A DNA stretch of 64,000 nt from Eledone cirrhosa (lineage: Eukaryota): the NCBI GenBank assembly GCA_964016885.1, contig OZ024743.1, positions 127,100,001 through 127,164,000 of the forward strand, in the 5' to 3' direction. A program made the translations under genes and the position numbers. The notes under the pieces are model-generated. The model made no database searches and was not told the origin of the DNA. It worked only from the letters and a program-made list of their open reading frames with translations. Shown in pieces: positions 1 through 11,539 of this stretch (position 1 is its first letter; every line of letters begins with the position of its first letter).

Positions 1-807
1 CAGTGTATGGCCAAGTCGGCATCGAACCAAAGTGTCATACCATATACAATTATACCACAGTAAATGTAAATCGGGATGGCTATCCCGTCACATAGACAGA
101 GAGTGTATATAGAAAACTCTGTTTCCAGCATTACCTATGGGAGTTTTCTCCCATAGGTAATAAATCTCCTGGGTGTATTTTTTGGAAAAATCTCCTGGGT
201 ATATGTTTTGGAAACATAGTGTTATTTTGCCTAACGCTCGGAACTGGAACTGAAATGCTCAGAACTCGGAACTGGAACGTACGGAACTGGATGTTGTTCG
301 TAGGGTGCTGATATGATACGGAGAATCGATCTGTTACAAGGCGATATAACTGGAGTACACCATCCTTCCTATAGACAATCCTACATGTAAAGCTGCACCA
401 TCGCTAACCAACTATTCTTCTCACAGACACATGCTTGCAAGCTCTCTTAATCTGCCTGTACATCCTGTATTTGCACTGCTTGTGCTTTGATGTATCTATG
501 GTTTGCTTTTTTTTTGGTGTGTGTGTGTGTGTGTGGGGGGGGGGGGGTTATTTTGCTTTTTTATTGTTTTTGATCATGCTGAGTAACACTTTCACTCATT
601 CCTTGCTACCCTCTCCGAACATCCTTATCATCTATTGCACCATTTATGTGATAAATTTTTGATGTAATTTTTTATGACATTATGTGCATCATGTATTGTG
701 TCTTTTTCTATATAACGCTGACCTCGGGCCCCCCTGCTGGTCCTTTAACCTTGTTCTGGTGACGCAGCTTGATGGAGCATGCAACTATTGATATACTCTT
801 GTTTATA

Positions 808-860
808 GGCTCTGATGATTCCTGCCATAGGGTATGGATGAAACACTGTTAGCTAATAAA
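808..860 (+). ncRNA. Type I hammerhead ribozyme motif followed by AATAAA (Penelope pLTR-type)
   Basis: ggct-CTGATGA-t-tcctgcc(atag)ggtatgga-t-GAAA-c(act)GTT-agct-AATAAA. Stems I and II pair; stem III is minimal. Confidence 0.7.
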
Positions 861-932
861 ACAATGTATTTCTAAGCACTTTTTGGTTATTCCTAAACTT
901 ATATATATATGCATGTGTGTATTTACATTATT

Positions 933-985
933 TTAGAATTCCTGTTGCTCCGACCAATTTTCAGTGTTGCTTCTGTACCAATCAA
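933..985 (-). CDS. TGDS: TGDS last coding exon (IDWYRSNTENWSEQQEF*), 53 nt
   Basis: cttttacag acceptor. Completes T-I-D-W-Y. TAA at 935-933. Exons sum to 993 nt in one frame. Confidence 0.9.
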
Positions 986-1689
986 CTGTAAAAGAACAAT
1001 TTGAGACATTTATTTCCAATGCTCACCTCATAACATAACAGTGGACTATCTTAATTATATTTACATCATTTTTACGTCCGCTTTCATATTGGCATAGATT
1101 GCTACAAACTGATCTCCATCTTGCTCATTACGTTTTTTATTTGACATGGTTTCTACAGCTCAATACCTTTCCTAATGCCAATCACTTTACAGAGTGCACT
1201 GGGGGCATTTTTTGTGGCATGATGACATGTATTCTGTCCACTAACACATTACAGAGTGATTTGGCTGCATTTTTTTGTGGCACCAGCACTAGAGAAGTTG
1301 TCATATGCCCAGCCAGATGAAAGAGTACTCTTAATGTCTATAGTCTCCATTTGATAGCCAAACATTATAGTCTCTCATGTTTACTTTTAGTGTTGCAGTG
1401 CTTGTACAGGTGACAATAATGGACATAATCTTTTGTATTATGGTATCACCAGTCAGCTCATATTTCATTTTCCCTCCTCCTCCTCATCATCAACATCATT
1501 ATCATCAGTTTATGCCTTCCTAGACAGATCTGGGGACCATATCTTGCTTACATGCATTCCAGGTTTGGCATGGCTTCTATGGTTAGATGCCCTTCCTAAC
1601 ACCAACCCCTTTGCAGAGTGTACTGAGTGCATTTTGTCATAGCACCAACACTTGAGAGGTTGTCATGAGCTTTGCACAACTGAAGAGTC

Positions 1690-2336
1690 TGTAGCAAGCA
1701 ATGGCACTACCTTATCACAGTGGAATAATTGGGTCGTGATTGGTCAGTCGCCAGGCTTTTAAGTCGGCGGTGTAGGAATACCAAGCAGTAACTTCTGCCC
1801 AATAGGGAAATTCGTGCCTTTTTTGATATCTACAAAACAGTTGCAGTTTTTCACTTCGCTTAACAAGGAACTTTGGCCCTCTTGGCAGGGGCCCAGCAAC
1901 ATTTCTTTCTAACAAAATATCTATTCACTTCAGTTGCGTACCAAGTTTTATCCTGAGAGGACCTATGCAACTCATTACTGATCTTTATGCAGCCTACTTC
2001 ACGGTGAAACTATGTGTTAATTCGTTTTAAAGAGAATAAACCATTACTACAAGTTTAAATATGCTTTCGGATTCTTTCATCAACTATGGAACTTATTACT
2101 AAACGTAAACACGCAGCCTACCTACTATCATATTTAATGATATCCTCTCTGTCATCAGTAGAGAATGCAACACCACAGACTACAGCAGTGTACCACCAAA
2201 TATCTTCTTTTCATATACTTTATATCGCCAACATTAAATACACCACCAAACACTTAAATGTACTCTAGCTAAAGTAGTGTAGCCGATGTGATATAGGAAA
2301 ATCATCTTCCTCATGGTAATATCACTTCACACCACA
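1690..2336. repeat. LTR-like repeat, copy 1 (TGT...ACA termini)
   Basis: About 600-bp direct repeat of 3980-4596. Begins TGTAGC, ends CCACA. Flanks agtc/agtg. Internal AATAAA. Confidence 0.55.
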
Positions 2337-2866
2337 AGTGAGTACAATTTCTTAACTTCCTTGGTTAACTCCAAATCTATATCAGGAAAAGTGATCTTTC
2401 AACCAAAAGCTAGTATGCTAAAGTGGAGACTTACCGCTGTGAGATTCTTTCTATGGGAAATATTCCACAAAGAAAAAAATTAGCAGTTTTTTGAAATTAC
2501 AACACATGAGAATATTTTTAAAAAAATGGCTACCTGTCTTGTCCATTTTTCTTCTTCCTGTTGGGCCTCGTGGTGTATTGTTTGATTTTTTTCCTGCTTA
2601 CTGCCATTGGTGAACATTTTAATCCTGTTTTGCTTTCGTTTGGTGTTTTATTTTAAAAAAAAAGTCTAAACTTGACCAGAGGAGATTCCTAACAACTATA
2701 ACACCAACAGTTATGACGACAACAACAGTGGCAACAGCAACAGCATCCCTATGGACAACACCAACAGCGACTACAACAGCAGCAGTAACAATAACAAAGA
2801 CAAGAGCGGCAGTTGTATAATTATACCCCACTACCACTACCACCAACAACAATTTTAATAACATTT

Positions 2867-3780
2867 AACGCATATCCTCTACGCCCTTGTCAGACACTAT
2901 TTGCTTCTATTGGGCCCCTGGTCAGTCACGTAATAAATAGACAATTGCCTGTCTTTAACAAAGTGTCAATATGCCACACTGACGTCTAACATTCTATTGT
3001 ATTGCATTTTCCATTCTTACACACATTCATTTTGTTTTCTTTTCCCTGTATGTGATTCTTTGTTCACTTTTCTTTGGATGCATGTAGTATGATATTTCAA
3101 TTGTCATTTCTCTTTCAACTTTTCAGGACCATTTTTCAAAGTGTTTGCACTTGTTGATTTTATGTATTTGTTGATTAAATTTTTTTTGCAACGTGCTTAC
3201 ATACACTGCACCACATTTTTGTAACTTTATTGAGTAGTTTTTATCATGTCTGTGCCTTTTGAGCCCTGTTGCCCGACACTTATTTACGTTGGATGTTCAT
3301 TCATATTCTCTCACCCTTGTCAGATGCAACTTGCCTCTATTGGACCCCTGGTCGGTTGTGTAATTAATAGACAAAGTTTCAGGTCTTTGACAACGAGCCA
3401 ACATGCTACACTGTAATGCTTCCACATTAGTGCCAGACAGCTAACCTCAACTTTTTCTTTTGTTGTTACTCACTCAACTGTTGCCCGACACTCTTTTACA
3501 TTGGATATTCATTCATATTACACACAGTCATGCCTTAATTTTGAGCTTTGTCTCACTTTGCTTTTCAGCTCTGTTGCTCGACACTTTTTTTACGTCGGAT
3601 GTTCACTCATATTCTCTGCGCCCTTGTCAGACGCAACTTGCCTCTATTGGACCTTTAGTTTGTTGTTTAATTAATAGACAAAGTTCCATGTCTTTGACAA
3701 TCCGCCTACATGCTTACGGCATTAGCGCTAGCCACAGCTAGCCCCAACTTTTTCTCCTGTGGCTACTACTCACTCAACTA
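2867..3780. repeat. Three degenerate tandem copies of a 150-300 bp unit
   Basis: cccttgtcaga...gcctctattgg...taatagacaa...gtctttgacaa recurs at about 2884, 3314 and 3620. Confidence 0.7.
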
Positions 3781-3979
3781 CATTAAGCAACACACAAGTT
3801 TTCTGTAATTTTGAGCTTTGTCTCACCTTGCTGGTCCTGAAATTTTTACTAACTGTTATGCAGTGTTTTCCCTTTTGCTTACCTACTTGTGAACATATTC
3901 TATATGTAGATATATTTGCCTTTGCTTTACATGTTTTTTAAAAATATATTATATCAACGTTTTTTCTACAGAGGGGTAA

Positions 3980-4596
3980 TGTAGCAAGCAATGGCACTAC
4001 CTTATCGCGGCGGAAAAATTAGGTCATGCTTAGTCAGTCGCCAAGCCTTTAAGTCGGTGGCGTAGAAATACCAAGCAGTAACTTCTGCTCAGTAGGGAAA
4101 TTCACGCGTTTTTTACCTTCTACAAAACAGTTGCAGTTTTTCACTTCGTCGAGACAAGACCTCACTAATTACATTCCCGGTTGATACTGGAGATACTGGC
4201 AAGAGGTAGTGCTTAACAAGGAACTTTGGCCCTCTCGGCAGGGACCCAGCAACATTTCTTTCTAACAAAATATCTATTCACTTCAGTTGCGTACCAAGTT
4301 TTATCCTGAGAGGACCTATGTAACTCATTACTGATCTTTATGCAGCCTACTTCACTGTGAAACTAAGTGTCAATTCGTTTTAAAGAGAATAAACCAAGTT
4401 TAAATATTCTTTCAGATTCTTTCATCAACTGTAGAACTCATTACTAAATGTAAACACGCAGCCTACCAATTTATATCATATTTAATGATATCCTCTCTGT
4501 CATCAGTAGAGAATGCAACACCACAAGACTACAGCAGTGTACCACCAAATATCTTCTTTTCATATACTTTGTATCGCCAACATTAAATACACCACC
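3980..4596. repeat. LTR-like repeat, copy 2 (3'-truncated, with about 60 extra internal bp)
   Basis: Same TGTAGCAAGCAATGGCACTACCTTATC start. Preceded by purine-rich agaggggtaa. Confidence 0.55.
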
Positions 4597-4685
4597 TCTC
4601 AGCCCTTTTGCATGATTTCTGTAGTTAGATGCCCTTCCTAATGTCAAAGTCCAATTTAAGTAAAATAACAGTACAAAACACTTAC

Positions 4686-4842
4686 TAGTCTCCATAATTC
4701 CGTTTTGCCATTCAATACTTGTTTTCCATCCAGTCTGAAGTATTTTGCTATAATCAATGTTGTATTGATTATCATTATAAATTCGATCTTTCACAAATTC
4801 AATGTGTTTCAAAGCATCATTGTCACTGTGAAGATTTTTTAT
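4686..4842 (-). CDS. TGDS: TGDS coding exon 10 (IKNLHSDNDALKHIEFVKDRIYNDNQYNIDYSKILQTGWKTSIEWQNGIMET), 157 nt
   Basis: tctttag acceptor, gtaagt donor. FVxDR..ND..Y..D.SK...GW....W..G pattern of the family C-terminus. Confidence 0.9.
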
Positions 4843-5129
4843 CTAAAGAAAAAAAAACCCGTAAAAATAGACAAACAAAAATGATTTACAATATTTTACA
4901 AAATATACACTTGTTATTTGATGTTTCAAGGATACAACAACACACATGTGTTTAAGTCATTTTCCTGATAAAACAGGGGTTAGTCCTGCAAGCTTTATCA
5001 CAAGCTTAATCATAATCATCGTGGGATACTTTTTCAAGTAATGTTTTATGTTTAGGTGCCCTCCCTGAAGCCAACCCTTTTTGTTACCTCTTACAGCATG
5101 CTGAGATATAGTGTACCTATTCTAAAGTG

Positions 5130-5450
5130 GGTGACAGCACGTGGCTTTGTGGTTAGGGTATTTGGCTCACAATCGTAAGGTCATGGGTTCAATTCCCAGC
5201 AGCACGTTGTGTCCTTGAGCAAGGCACTTTATTTCGCATTGCTCCAGTCCTCTCAGATGGCAAAAATGAGTTGTACCTGTAATTTGAAATGCCAGCCTTG
5301 TCACATTCTGTGTCATGCCGAATCTCCCTGAAAACTATGTTAAGGGTACGCATGTTTGAGGAATGTTCAGCCATTTGCACGTTAATTTCACGAGCAAGCT
5401 GTTCTGTTGATTACATCAACTGGAACACTTGTAGTAACTGACAGAGTGCC
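5130..5450 (+). mobile_element. tRNA-derived CORE-type SINE. Other copies at about 19471-19590 (+) and 41180-41505 (-)
   Basis: A box (tggctttgtggtt), B box (gggttcaattcc), and CORE-like tgtgtccttgagcaaggcactttatttc. Confidence 0.75.
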
Positions 5451-5782
5451 AGTCATTTTAAAGTGGATACATACAGCAGTGTGTTTCAATGATATGGAAA
5501 ATATGAAGACAATTCCTCTAAAATACAAATATCCAAAATTTGTAAAAATCCTTCAAATCTATACTAACATTGAACAATTTTTTATTTTACTTTTTTATTG
5601 GTTTCAATCATTAAACTGTGGCCATGCTAGGGTACCCCTTTGATGAGATTTAATCAATCATTTTGGTCCAAGTACTTATTTTATTTTCAAAAGTCTGCTT
5701 CTTATTTTATCTATCTCTATTAGTTGAACCACTAAGTTACAGTACATAAACAAAATCTTAAATGTAAACATGCCTATATATT

Positions 5783-6991
5783 CAGGATGTGAGGGGTATT
5801 TGAGTACATATTTGGTAATTTAATAAAACAACTCTTATCAAGCAAAAACAAAATGTATTTTGATAAAAATGTGTGTGCATGTTCTCAATAAGCTTTCTTA
5901 CAAGACTATTTTATAAACCTGCCTTCAGCTTCAATGACTGCTTCAATATGGGACCAAAATCATTGATATGCTTGCACTAAATAGTCCTTATTCTTTTCAG
6001 ACATCACCTGAACAATGGTGGTTTTCAGTGAAGCTATGGTATTGTGAGGATATCAATTAGTCTCACTTTTAATAATTCTCTAAATGTAGTAGTCCATGGG
6101 ATTTAAATCTTGTAAGTTTGGAGCCCACAAGTTGGGTGTTACATGATCATAAAGATTATCTGACATCTATTTATGGGTTATGTGGACTTTGTGAGAATGT
6201 GTTGAGTCTTGTTGAGATATGTATAACCTTACACTGCATACTTCATCCATCCAGAGCTTAACATATCCAGCAGCATTAATTCTAAGTCCCTGTGGAAAGA
6301 TATGATGTGGCATGACATGACCTTCATTACCTACCACTCATAAAACCATCACAGTTGCTGGAAACTTAGTGTGCATCACTCTGGGGACATCAGAAGGATC
6401 TGCACATAACTGTCATTTCTCTAGTTATACTTTCGGTCTTAGTTGAAATTATTCTCATCAGAGACGAGCCAAAGCATGCCATGTTCATGAGGGTTTTAAA
6501 ATTTTGTTCAGTAACCACTCAAATGGTTTCCAGTGTCTTTGTAGACATCAACTTGCCTTTCCTCAGTACATACAACTTCTATCATATGTCCTCATGCACC
6601 ACAGTTCTGATAGTTCATTCTGACACCTGAAGATCTTTGGCGATGGCCCTCATTGATTTTCCTGGACCATCAGTGATATGAACCTATTAGATGTACTGCA
6701 GTGTCCTTATAGTGTCTGAACATTTAGAATGTTTTTTTTTTCTCTTTGATACAGTTGAAACATTCCTGCCAGAGACTTCCAATGTCATCCAAACTTTGAT
6801 CTTGGAACATTTAGAAAGTAGGCAATTTCTAAATCACATATTGCATCTACTGCATGTGTTTTTAAATTTCTTGTATTAGCATTAGAAGTATTGTATGTGC
6901 CATGTGGGACTTGAGAGAAATAAAATACTTTTAATTAGTTTGAAGTGTAATATACTGAAATTAAGTGCCCTCAAATATCCCTCACACTGTG
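5783..6991 (-). mobile_element. Decayed Tc1/mariner-superfamily DNA transposon (maT/DD37D-like)
   Basis: Imperfect TIRs (tgtgaggggtatttgag / ctcaaatatccctcaca). Minus-strand transposase remnants WLVSDENNF, QQDSTHSH and WAPNLQDLNPMDY, with many stops. Confidence 0.8.
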
Positions 6992-7860
6992 GCATCATTA
7001 CCAACACAAGTCAATTTATTTGAATTCTCTTGTAGAGGCTGAAGAGGATGATTTGTCTTAATTTACTAATTAACCATTTTAATTATGGTAATTGGTATTT
7101 TTTCTTTATCATCCCAAACCACAGTCTAAGCAATTATAACTGAATTTACCAATATAATGGAAGTATAATTGCATTTACCTTTAAATGTATCACTGCTTAC
7201 TATGCTTTGTTTTACTACACTATATATATTCTACCTAAATAATATTTTTGTGAATGATGCTCTGAAAATTTGGATTTTAGCCCTTAATGTTGATGAAGCT
7301 ATTTATGGTATAATATGATTTATCTAAATCCATATTTTATGATGTTGCTACTCCTGTAATTAATTAATTTAAGTTGGGTTGTAGTTTTTAAGGCGTTTGG
7401 TGAACTATTTTTAGCTTCTCCTTAATCTCAAACCTTTTAACACTGATTGAATTGGTTACTTTTTGATGCAAAAAAACATGCGGTTTTATTAATACATGTG
7501 CCTTTTTTGGCTGTAAAATTAGTCATCTTCCTGGCATAGTTACCAACACAAGCCAATTTATTTGAATTCTCTTGTAGAGGCTAATATATTTTTGTAAGAA
7601 AAGCTTAGTGAATTTACTTAATTTACTAATTAACCATTTTAATTATGATAATTGGTTTATTTTTCTTTGTTATCAGAAACCAGATGTAAGTAGACTTGCA
7701 TTTGCCTTTAAATGTATTTTTGTTTACTGTTTTGTTTTACAATATGATATATATTATTAAACCTAAATAATATTTTTGTAAATGAAGCTCTGAAAATTTG
7801 GAATTCAGCCATTAATGTTTATGGAGCTATTTATGGTATAATACGATTGAGATAATTTAT
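6991..7860. repeat. Tandem duplication of an AT-rich unit of about 350 bp (copies start at about 6991 and 7533)
   Basis: ttaccaacacaag.caatttatttgaattctcttgtagaggct...gctctgaaaatttgga...gctatttatggtataata appears twice. Confidence 0.8.
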
Positions 7861-9033
7861 CTTGATCTAGATTTTATTATATATATTGGAAGTTATATCT
7901 GTATATACAAATTAATATATCCATTTCAGAATAATACTAAGAGTGAATAGGTATACCCATCAAATACATGTTTTCTTATGGTTGATTGGATGATATACAT
8001 GAGGGTCCAATAAGATCAAAGAAAATTGATTAAATATGTTTATCATTTTATCTATTTACGGGGAAATTTTCATTTTTTGGTCATGTTTACATGCCTCCAA
8101 ATTAGATCGTGTATATATTTATTCATGTTCGTGCAGACTCGGTTACATACTCTGTATTTATACTGATATAACTTTATCATACACATCATCTTCTAGTGCA
8201 CTTCTTACTATATATTTATAAATATGTATATATGCACACTCACACACACCCAGAAAAACTAATTAAAAAAACATTAATAAATACCTAGCTAACCTACAAA
8301 GCATTGGGAAATTTGAAAATGTAGTTGTAGTGACTAGCGCCATCTCTCTGTGGAACCAAACTATTTGGAGTTACTTCCCCGTGGCCAGTATATAAGGGAG
8401 CATTCTGATGCCTTTCTCTCTCTTTTCACCTTTTGGCCGCCTGCCTAGTAGGCCAGGCACAGCTACGCCAAAGGTAGCTCTTAGCATCTTATTTCTCTTT
8501 CGGTCGAGCCTTTCCGACCTGCAACATATCTGCTGAGGACCTATACCATAAGGCTCAGCTCAGATGTATTCCAATCCTTCTTACAAGGATTAACAAAGCA
8601 AGTCACAGGTATGTCATTTAACCATTGTAATACACACACTCACAAGCACACGAATAAAGAAAAACTACCTTCATATACAGTTGAGAAGACTTATCGTTGT
8701 TATCATATATATTATTTCCTGTCTGCATCTCATCATCTTGCTTCCTGCTTTCCTTACATATTCTTGTGTTCCTTCACTTATTAAATTATTAAATTAGTGA
8801 TTAGCATACAGTGTTATCTACTAGAGTAAATAACCTTATGACCAGTTCACTAAATAGTCATCCTAGCATGGATAACTATAATAATAGTTGATTATTATAA
8901 ATAATAGTTTAAAAAATTGAGTAAAATACCCCTAGAAATGTAAAAGAGTGGACAGAAATACCTGTGGGTAATCAACTATTATTATAGTCATCTGCAGTGA
9001 GACAATTACATTTTCAAATACATAAATACTTAC

Positions 9034-9199
9034 TGTTTTAGTGAGAAATTTTGCCAGCTCAAGAATGGAGATCGAAAAGTTACTGCCGATGTTGTAAATC
9101 TCTCCAGGGTCACCATGGTGAAGAAGATTGTCAATGGCCCTGACAATGTCCTTGACATGGATGAAATTACGCACTTTTTTACCATTTCCATGGATGGTG
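9034..9199 (-). CDS. TGDS: TGDS coding exon 9 (TIHGNGKKVRNFIHVKD...GEIYNIGS...LAKFLTKT), 166 nt
   Basis: ctatgcag acceptor, gtaagt donor. IHGxG, RxF and GEIYNIG motifs. Lies within ORF 8932..9219. Confidence 0.95.
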
Positions 9200-9309
9200 C
9201 TGCATAGAAAGAATGCCAATTATTAGATGGTGATGCATAGAAAAGAGTCAATCATCAGACCAGACTAAAGAAATGTTTCCATTGGTCTTTCCATTGCTGA
9301 TACCCTGTG

Positions 9310-10955
9310 CTGATCACAACTCCTGGCTTAGGGATGTGGGATTTAAACTCAGAATGCAAGGAGCTGAATCAAGTACTGCAAGGTGTCCCATCTGACTCAT
9401 TAACAATTCTGCCAATCCACTGTCCCTGGACTAGTACTTCATCTATTGATTCCAAAAGGATGAAAGGCAAAGTTAACTTTACTGTGATTTGAACTTAGTG
9501 CTCAGGGAGCTAGAACAAAAACCAAGGCATCAAATCCGGTGACATAATAAATCTACCACATCAATGTTAATTAATAACTTGATGTTTCATTTGATTTGTA
9601 TTTCTTATTGTTTAGTTAAGGATTGAAGGGCAGGGATCATGACACTTTTCATTGCCTCCATGACTTGTAGGAGGAAGAGGGGGGGGCCTCAAATTAAAGA
9701 CCCTGTCCAAAAGCTTACAATAGAGTGAGCTCTGCTAAAAGCACCTAAGGGCTCACCTAATTATCATAGCCTAACTTAAAGATCAGAACAACATATATTT
9801 GAAGGCCACATTGAGTTTAGTATAATATAATTGTTTCTACTTTTAGTACAAGGCCAGCAATTACCCCAGTGCATTATTGGTACTTTATTTTATCGACTCT
9901 GTAAGGATGAAAGGCAAAGTTAATCTCGGTGGGATTTGAACTCAGAACGTAAAGGTCCATAACTTTATGCTGCAAAGCATGGTGTCTGACGCTCTACTGA
10001 TACTGCCAATAATATAATTGTTTCATCTTTTGGCACAAGGCCAGCAATTATGCCGGTGTATTACTGGTGCTTTATTTTATCAACCCCGTAAGGATGAAAG
10101 GCAAAGTTAACTTCGGCGGGATTTGAACTCAGACCATAAAGAGCCGTAACTCTTTGTTGCAAAGCATGGTGTCAGACCCTCTACCGATACTGCCAAAGCT
10201 CATATTAGTTCTAATGTTATATTTTTCATGAATGATAATGCATGTGATTTTCAAATAATTTTGAAAATAATCAAGAATTTGGAGGATTTAGAAATATAAA
10301 TAACATTCTCATTATTAAGTTGGGTGATTGGCAGTAGTGGTAGAGCTATGGACATCATGCTTTGTGGTATAGAGTTATGACCCTTTACATTTTGATTTCA
10401 AATTCTGCCAAAGTTAGTTTTGCTTTTCATCCTTACAGCGTTGATAAAATAAAGTACCAGTAGCACACTGGGGTCGATTTAAATATTGTTGGCCTTGTGC
10501 CTAAATCAGAAAACATTATTAACCTGGTGTACTAAGTAGGGCAGTGAATTGGTAGAATCGGTAGAGCATTGGACAACATGCTTGGCAGTATATAGTTATG
10601 GCCCTTTACATTCTGAGATCAAATCCTACCAACATTAACTTTGCCTTTCATATTTACGGGGTCAATAAAATAAAATACCAGTAATGCACTGGGGTCGATT
10701 TACTCAACTTTCCCCTCCCCCAAAATTGCTGGCCATGTGCCTAAATCAGAAACCATTATTGGGCAATGGATTAGCAGTATCGGTAGAGGGTCGGACACCA
10801 TGCTTTGCAGCAAAGAGTTACGGTCCTTTATGGTCTGAGTTCAAATCCTGCCGAGGTTTACTTTGCCTTTCATCCTTAAGGGGGTCGATAAAATAAAGTA
10901 CCAGTAATACACTGGGATAATTGCTGGCCTTGTGTCAAAAGTAGAAACAATTATT
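9310..10955. mobile_element. Cluster of about 6 tRNA-derived Deu/Nin-domain SINEs: minus copies 9310-10195, plus copies 10325-10955
   Basis: A box tggcagtatcgg, B box gagttcaaatcc, central gcctttcatccttacggggtcgataaaataaagtaccag, tail ggccttgtgccaaaagtagaaacaattat. Confidence 0.85.
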
Positions 10956-11252
10956 AGGTTGGTGCTTAGAGAATAGCTTAGCAAAGGTTCTTATATACAA
11001 TTATGATGGAAAAGGTTTATATTTATTGAACATACAAATATATATACTACTACTACAACTACTGATGAGGACGCGGATGGCAAGGACAGCGAGGGCGGCA
11101 ATGATGATGATGAGAAGATGAAGAGGTTGATGTTAACAAAGGTCAGGAAAAAGTTGCAGATTGAAGTGTTTTCACATATAATGTTGTAATCAAGGAATTA
11201 ATAGATAAAATATTTCTTTAGTACACACTCAGTCATTTATTATGGGTACTTA

Positions 11253-11530
11253 TCATCATCATCATCATCCGTTTTTTCCATGCTTGCATTGGTTGGATTG
11301 GTCCTGCTACTCGCTCGTTACCTTCTTTTGTCAACTCTGAGTCTCAGAACCTCTGCCCAGGTCTTTCTTGGTCTACCTCTACTGCGTCTTCCATTGGAAT
11401 TTTCTGACATTTCTTCACCCAGTGATCATCGTCCATGCGCATCACACATTTAAACCAATGCAGTCTTCAATGCACACCACCTTGTATTTCTCTTAAACCC
11501 AGCTTCTCCCTCAATTCATCCAAGCATTTT
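11253..11530 (-). mobile_element. RTE LINE 3' fragment with (GAT)n tail
   Basis: Reads ...GRPRKTWAEV... on the minus strand. (ATC)n tail at 11253. Confidence 0.75.
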
Positions 11531-11539
11531 TGAAACACA

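Noticed and set aside
5130-5205. tRNA gene
   Set aside because: The A and B boxes belong to a SINE head and run on into CORE-type sequence. No complete cloverleaf.
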